Below, in pieces: positions 58,921-64,000 of a stretch of 64,000 nt of DNA. The notes under the pieces were generated by a model, which saw nothing but the letters and a program-made list of their open reading frames with translations, did no database searches and was not told the DNA's origin. Each line of letters begins with the position of its first letter. Position 1 is the stretch's first letter. Source of the DNA: the human T2T-CHM13v2.0 reference genome, Homo sapiens; assembly GCF_009914755.1 (NCBI RefSeq), contig NC_060943.1; one strand, given 5' to 3'. The position numbers and the translations under genes are program-made.

Positions 58921-59746
58921 TGTGATACTGGTCTTCAACCCGGTTTTCTGACATACAACTCTTTTTGAAGATTAGAATCTCCAAAATGATGTCTTTTGTA
59001 TGCTAATGAGTTGACTGGTAGCTGGGGGACCCTAGGTAGCTTCAGAATGGGGGCAGTTATCAGAAAGACCAAGGCAGGGTTCCAGGGTCAGGACTTTTAG
59101 CCACACCCCACAACCACTGGGAAGAGAAGAGATGCTGAGAGTTAAGTTCATCACCAATAGCCAATGATTTAATTAATCATGTCTATGTAATGAGGCTTCC
59201 ATTAAAACCCAAAAGAACAAGGTTTGGAGAGCTTTGATAGCGGAACATGTGGAGGTTCCTGGAGGGCGGTGCGCTCAGGGAGAAAGTGGAAGCTCCACGC
59301 CTCTTCCCCACTACCTCGCCCTATGCATCTCTTTCTCTTTATTCTTTGCAATATCTTTTATAATAAACTGATAAACATAAGTGTTTCCCTGAGTTCTGTG
59401 AGCCACTCTAGCAAATTAATTGAACCCAAAAAGGGGGTTGTGGGAGCCCTGATTTATATAGCTAGTCATTCAGAAGTTCTGAAGGCCCGAACTTGCAACT
59501 GGTGACTGAAGGGTGCAGTGGTCCCCCTCACAGGCTCAGTGACTGAGCTCTTAACCCATGAGATCTAAACTGTCTCTAGGTAAACAGTGTTGAATGGGAG
59601 GAGGCCCAGCTCCTGTCCACTGCAGGCTTGATTACTTGCTCACTGGTGGGGAGAAATTCCCACACGTTTGGTCACAGAAATCTTCTGTGTTGATTATTGT
59701 GTGGAATGACAGCAGAGGAGAAACAGCTTGAGTTTTTCCACCTTCA
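58921..59746 (+). mobile_element. MER21-family LTR
   Basis: tcttttgtatgctaatgagttgactgg...cagaaagaccaaggc...gtgtttccctgagttctgtgagccactctagcaaattaat; 5-bp TSD acacc at 58916-58920 and 59747-59751. Confidence 0.88.
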
Positions 59747-59889
59747 ACACCATGAAGAAAATTAAAAGGAAAGACCCAGTTCAGGAGAAAATATTCTTTA
59801 AACGTTCATTTGATAAGGAACTTGCCTTAAGAATATATGAAGAACTCTTAAAACTCAATTTAAAAAAAAAAACTTTGATTTAACTTTGA

Positions 59890-60200
59890 TTTTTTTTTTT
59901 TTTTTTTTTTGAGATGAGGTCTTGCTCCATCTCCTAGGCTGGAGTGCACTGGTGCGATCTCATGATCTCAGCTCACTGAAACCTCTGCCTCCTGGGTTCA
60001 AGCAATTATCCTCCTTCAGCCTCCTAAGGAGCTGGGACTACAGACACATGCCACCACGCCTGGCTAATTTTTGTGCTTTTAGTAGAGACAGGGTTTTGCC
60101 ATGTTGCCTGGGCTGGTCTCAAACTCCTGTGCTCAGGTGATCCACCTGCCGCGGCCTCTCATAGTGCTGGGATTACAGGTGTGAGCCACCGTGCCCAGCC
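59890..60200 (-). mobile_element. AluS
   Basis: Poly-T, reverse dimer ending ccaccgtgcccagcc. Confidence 0.93.
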
Positions 60201-62834
60201 AAACTCTAATTTTTTTTTAATGAGCAATGGATTTGAATAGATACTTTACTAAGTAATATAATAAACAGCAAGTAAGCACATTAAAAAACCTACAATCAGA
60301 TGATCTTCAATGGGTGAACAGATTATTAGCACATGATGGTACATCCATACCATGAAATCCTACTCACCAATAACAAGAAATGAATTATTGACAAATGCAG
60401 TAACTTGGATGAATCTCCAGGTAATTCTGCTAAGTGAGAAAAGCCAATCCCTAAAGGTCATAGACTATATAATTCCTTTTGTTCCATATTCATAAAATGA
60501 CAAAATTATAGAAATGGAGAACAGATTGGTGGTTGCCAGGGATTGGGGACTTGTGGGCAGGAGTCAGGGAAGTGTGGCTATGAAAGGGCAGCAGGGGGGA
60601 GCCTTGTGTTGATGGACGTGTTTGGAATCTTGGCTGTGCTAATGTCAGCTTCCTGGCTGTGTATTGTACTATGGCTTTGTAATGTGGTACCATGGGGCGT
60701 AAGCAGGGTAAAGGGTGCACAGGACCTTTCTGTATTTATTTTCTAAAACTTCATGTGAATCTACAATTATCTTGAAATTAAAAATTTAATTAAAAAAAGC
60801 CTTGCACATAAAGGGGAAAACCAAAGCATGTGTAATACCTTCCCTATAGGCACACTTTCTCAGTGGAACCACAAAACTGATAGGGGAAAGTTTCGTTTTA
60901 TGAGCATATTCCAGCTGACAAATGAAGAAGGTGCGATGAGACTAGACTATCCCCATTTGTAACCTTCTGTGAGGTGACAGATTATGATGTAATCATTGAT
61001 GGCTGTTAACATCACACAATAAGGCCTTATGAAACTCACACAGCACCACCTCTAAAGCAGTCTTGTCACAAAATATTAAACCTGGACCTGATCAAGCATC
61101 TGGACTGGCTTATGGATATAGAGAAAATGTAGGGGATAGATGAGCACGGGAAATGTCTCCGTGGGGCAAAATTCACGAAATTCAGATTGTTGGACACTCT
61201 CCAGGACAAAAGGTCTAGATTCTTCAAAAACAACAACATCGAAAAAAAAAAACTGCCAGAAAGAAAAAATACAGAGGGAGAAGGTAAATTAAAAGAAACA
61301 TAAGAGTTATACCCATCAATTACAATGAGTGGGTCTGTTTTGGCCCCAGGTTCAAACAAACTGTAAAAATTTTAAGAGCAGCCATATGACAATTGGGAAA
61401 ATGTGAACACTGACCCCATGTTTGATGTTATTAAGGAATTATTAATATTTTAGGTGTAAAAAATTGTATTGTGGGTATAACTTTTTAAAATCAGGTATTT
61501 GTACCTCATTTGTACATTTGTACGTTTGTACATTGTACATTTTGTACAATTGTACAAAAACATTTGTATAGATACATACTGAAATATTTATAGATCAAAT
61601 TATAAAAATCTGAATTGGCCATTCATCCATAATTGTTGAAGCTGGGTGATGAGAACATGGGGGGTCACTATACTATTCTCTCTACTTTTGCACATATTTG
61701 AAATCTGTAGTAAAATTTTTATTTTAGGAAACATAAACAAAGTAATTTAATATTCCCCATATTGGCCTCTGCAAAAATAATATCTCATATAACTTGGGGA
61801 GCTTGGAGCTTTTTATGCATGGCATAAAAATGACAATGTACATCCCTCTCCCTGCAGGACACAGAACACATTTATGAGTCTTTTCACCCTCATTTCGTTG
61901 AAGATTTTATTGGCCGAAGAACCCTCAGTAGGCACGAAATTCATTCTCACAAGCAGAGAGATGCATTATGCTCCATTTATTGCTCATCCTAAATTATAAA
62001 CATTTCCAGTGAATGTAAAGGAAGATATGATTGAAAAGGACTCTGTGAAGACAGGATGTTTCTGTACAGTCCTTGTATCTGCTCACCTATTCCAAACTTT
62101 CCAGAGATTTTACCAGAGGTTTAAGATATTCTCCTGAGGGTTTGCTGTAGAGAGATTTTTCTTAACTAAGGAGTGCAAGTAGCAAGCAATAGCCCACCCA
62201 GTTGGAGACAAAAAAGAAGGGTGTCAGTGTTCCCACTGTTAAAAAACAAAAAAAAATCACCCTGGACACCTCTGAGAATTATACAAGGGGATGTACACAG
62301 CCCTGCTTTATTTGAGTTCAAAAGGAAGGTGGGTTTTGAAAGAAGAACAAGGAGAGTAGATCTCTCTGGATCTTCTGATGCTCACAGCAAAGAGCTCAAG
62401 GTATCTGAGTCAACTCTTGAGGCTTCTTCGAACAGAGGGATGAAGAGAGAATATGGCAAGCTTGCCAACAGATCCCAGAAGTTTTAAGAGAAAAGAACAG
62501 ATTGCTCTTTGCAAAACAAACCGAGCTGGGTGCATGGAGCCCCAGTAGACAGAAAGTGAAGAAAACATCAACGTTCTGAAGTTTTAGATAGGTGCACCAT
62601 CCCTTATGGATACCAATCTGTGCTCCCCATAAACTTCTGTGCCCAGGGTCAACTGGCCAGGGACAACTGGCTCACCAGGAGGCCTACATAGCCTCTTCTT
62701 CAGGCCCTAATTACAGCTCTATGCAATAGGGACTCTGCCATCTGACAGCCAAGGAGGTGGTTCGGTTTCTGCACATGGTTTTTTCCGCTGGGTCCCTTGA
62801 GGTCCATGGTAACCTCTTCCTCATTCTCTACAGG

Positions 62835-62963
62835 CAGATCACACTTTGTAATAAGATCAGAGGCAGAGAACTTTGACCAGATCACACTTTATAATAAGAT
62901 CAGAGGCAAAGAACTCTGACCAGATCACACTTTATAATAAGATCAGAGGCAGAGAACTTTGAC
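62835..62963. repeat. Minisatellite, 3 x 43 bp
   Basis: Unit cagatcacacttt(g/a)taataagatcagaggcagagaactttgac, near-identical copies. Confidence 0.96.
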
Positions 62964-63529
62964 AACTATCTCCTTGCCCTCTGGCCCTGGGGTCAGGGCT
63001 ACTCAAACAACACCTGCTGTCCCAAACCCGGAGAAGTGTAGATTTTGGCACTGGTAGAGGAATAACAGCTATTGTTGACACTTAATCTTGTGGGCCTGGA
63101 ATTTCAACTATGTTTTCACAACTCGGAGCCTATTGCTGCCACCTCTGTCAGGGAAGATAAATGGGCATGAATAATAGACAGATGAGTTTCCCAAAAGCCC
63201 AGACAGGCTGCAGGGAACACGTAATGAGCAGACAGTGTGGTTCACGCCGGGGAGCCCAGGTTTATCCAGGCCTCATCCTCACTCCCTTTCTCTACTGATA
63301 ATTGGACCCAACAGGACCATTCCGAATCATTTTTCTCTCTTCAGTTATTCTTCAGTTCTACTCAAAGGGTCAGTTTAGGGCATAATTAAAGTCAATTACT
63401 TTCTGAAAGGCCATCAGGACAACTGTTAGAGAAAATGATAGCAGCCCCGCACTTGCTGTAGGAATTATTAGCTTGTCAGCCTCCAGGCTTATGGAGACAA
63501 AGGATCAAAAAGTTAGAGAGATCCAGGTG

Positions 63530-64000
63530 TTCACCTATTTGTTCACTAATTCTTTTATTGTGAGTGTGCATGTGTGTGGGTGGGTGTGACATTTATTATG
63601 AACCAGAGGGCAGGAGCCAGTGACACAGTGGTGCAGAGAATAATCATATTCCCTGCCTTCCTGGGGTCATACAGCTTGGTGGAGGACACAGATGTGAATT
63701 CGGTAATCACTCCAATAAATATTCTCCTACAGATGAAGAAAGATGATACGATGTGATGGACAACAGAGACTTATATGGTGGGGTCTGGGCTGGTCTTTCT
63801 GAAGCTAAGACTGGCAGGATGAGCAGGAGTTTGCCAGACAAAGAGGAGTGGAGTTGTTTTCCAAACACATCTCAGCACAAAGTGTTGTCTTTGCTGGGAG
63901 CTGAAAAAAGATAGTGTGGGCAGAGACCATTAGGTGAGACGCTTGATATGAGATACAACCTCAACAGGTGGAAGAAGATCATGAGAGATGAAGAGAGGAA
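63530..64000. mobile_element. L2 fragment
   Basis: ttcactaattc..., ccctgccttcctggggtcatacag, ggatgagcaggagtttgccag, cagcacaaag. Confidence 0.5.

Larger units (their letters stand above)
58290..60800 (+). mobile_element. Old L1M ORF2 3' and 3'UTR, interrupted by MER21 and Alu
   Basis: catgttcctggtttggaagactcaa, gaaattgacaag, tggaacagaata...ccagaaataga, aattcaatggagaaa, aaatggagaacagattggtggttgccaggg; A-rich end ~60795. Confidence 0.8.

Overview
Primate (catarrhine, probably human) non-coding genomic DNA, dominated by interspersed repeats. It holds about 23 Alu elements (J, S and two Y), a 1.95 kb internal L1PA fragment (ORF1 plus ORF2 endonuclease), an L1PB1-type 3' end and old L1M/L2/MIR remnants. 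It also holds hAT-Charlie MITEs (MER58, MER20) and many solo LTRs: ERVL/MaLR on the left and a dense nested cluster at 51-60 kb including MER41B, LTR8, MER34, MER50-like and MER21. The only RNA-gene-derived feature I recognise is a U13 snoRNA retrocopy at ~26.9 kb. I can support no host protein-coding gene; the supplied ORFs are repeat-derived or chance. I found no evidence of a novel biological system. The points most worth following up are a MER41B LTR retaining a STAT GAS site, a 64-bp near-perfect non-tandem duplication, an L1 fragment lacking retrotransposition hallmarks, a duplicated CTCF-like 60-mer, two VNTRs and two repeat-free candidate enhancers. Repeat subfamily names come from recalled consensus sequences, not a database search, and boundaries of old elements are approximate.
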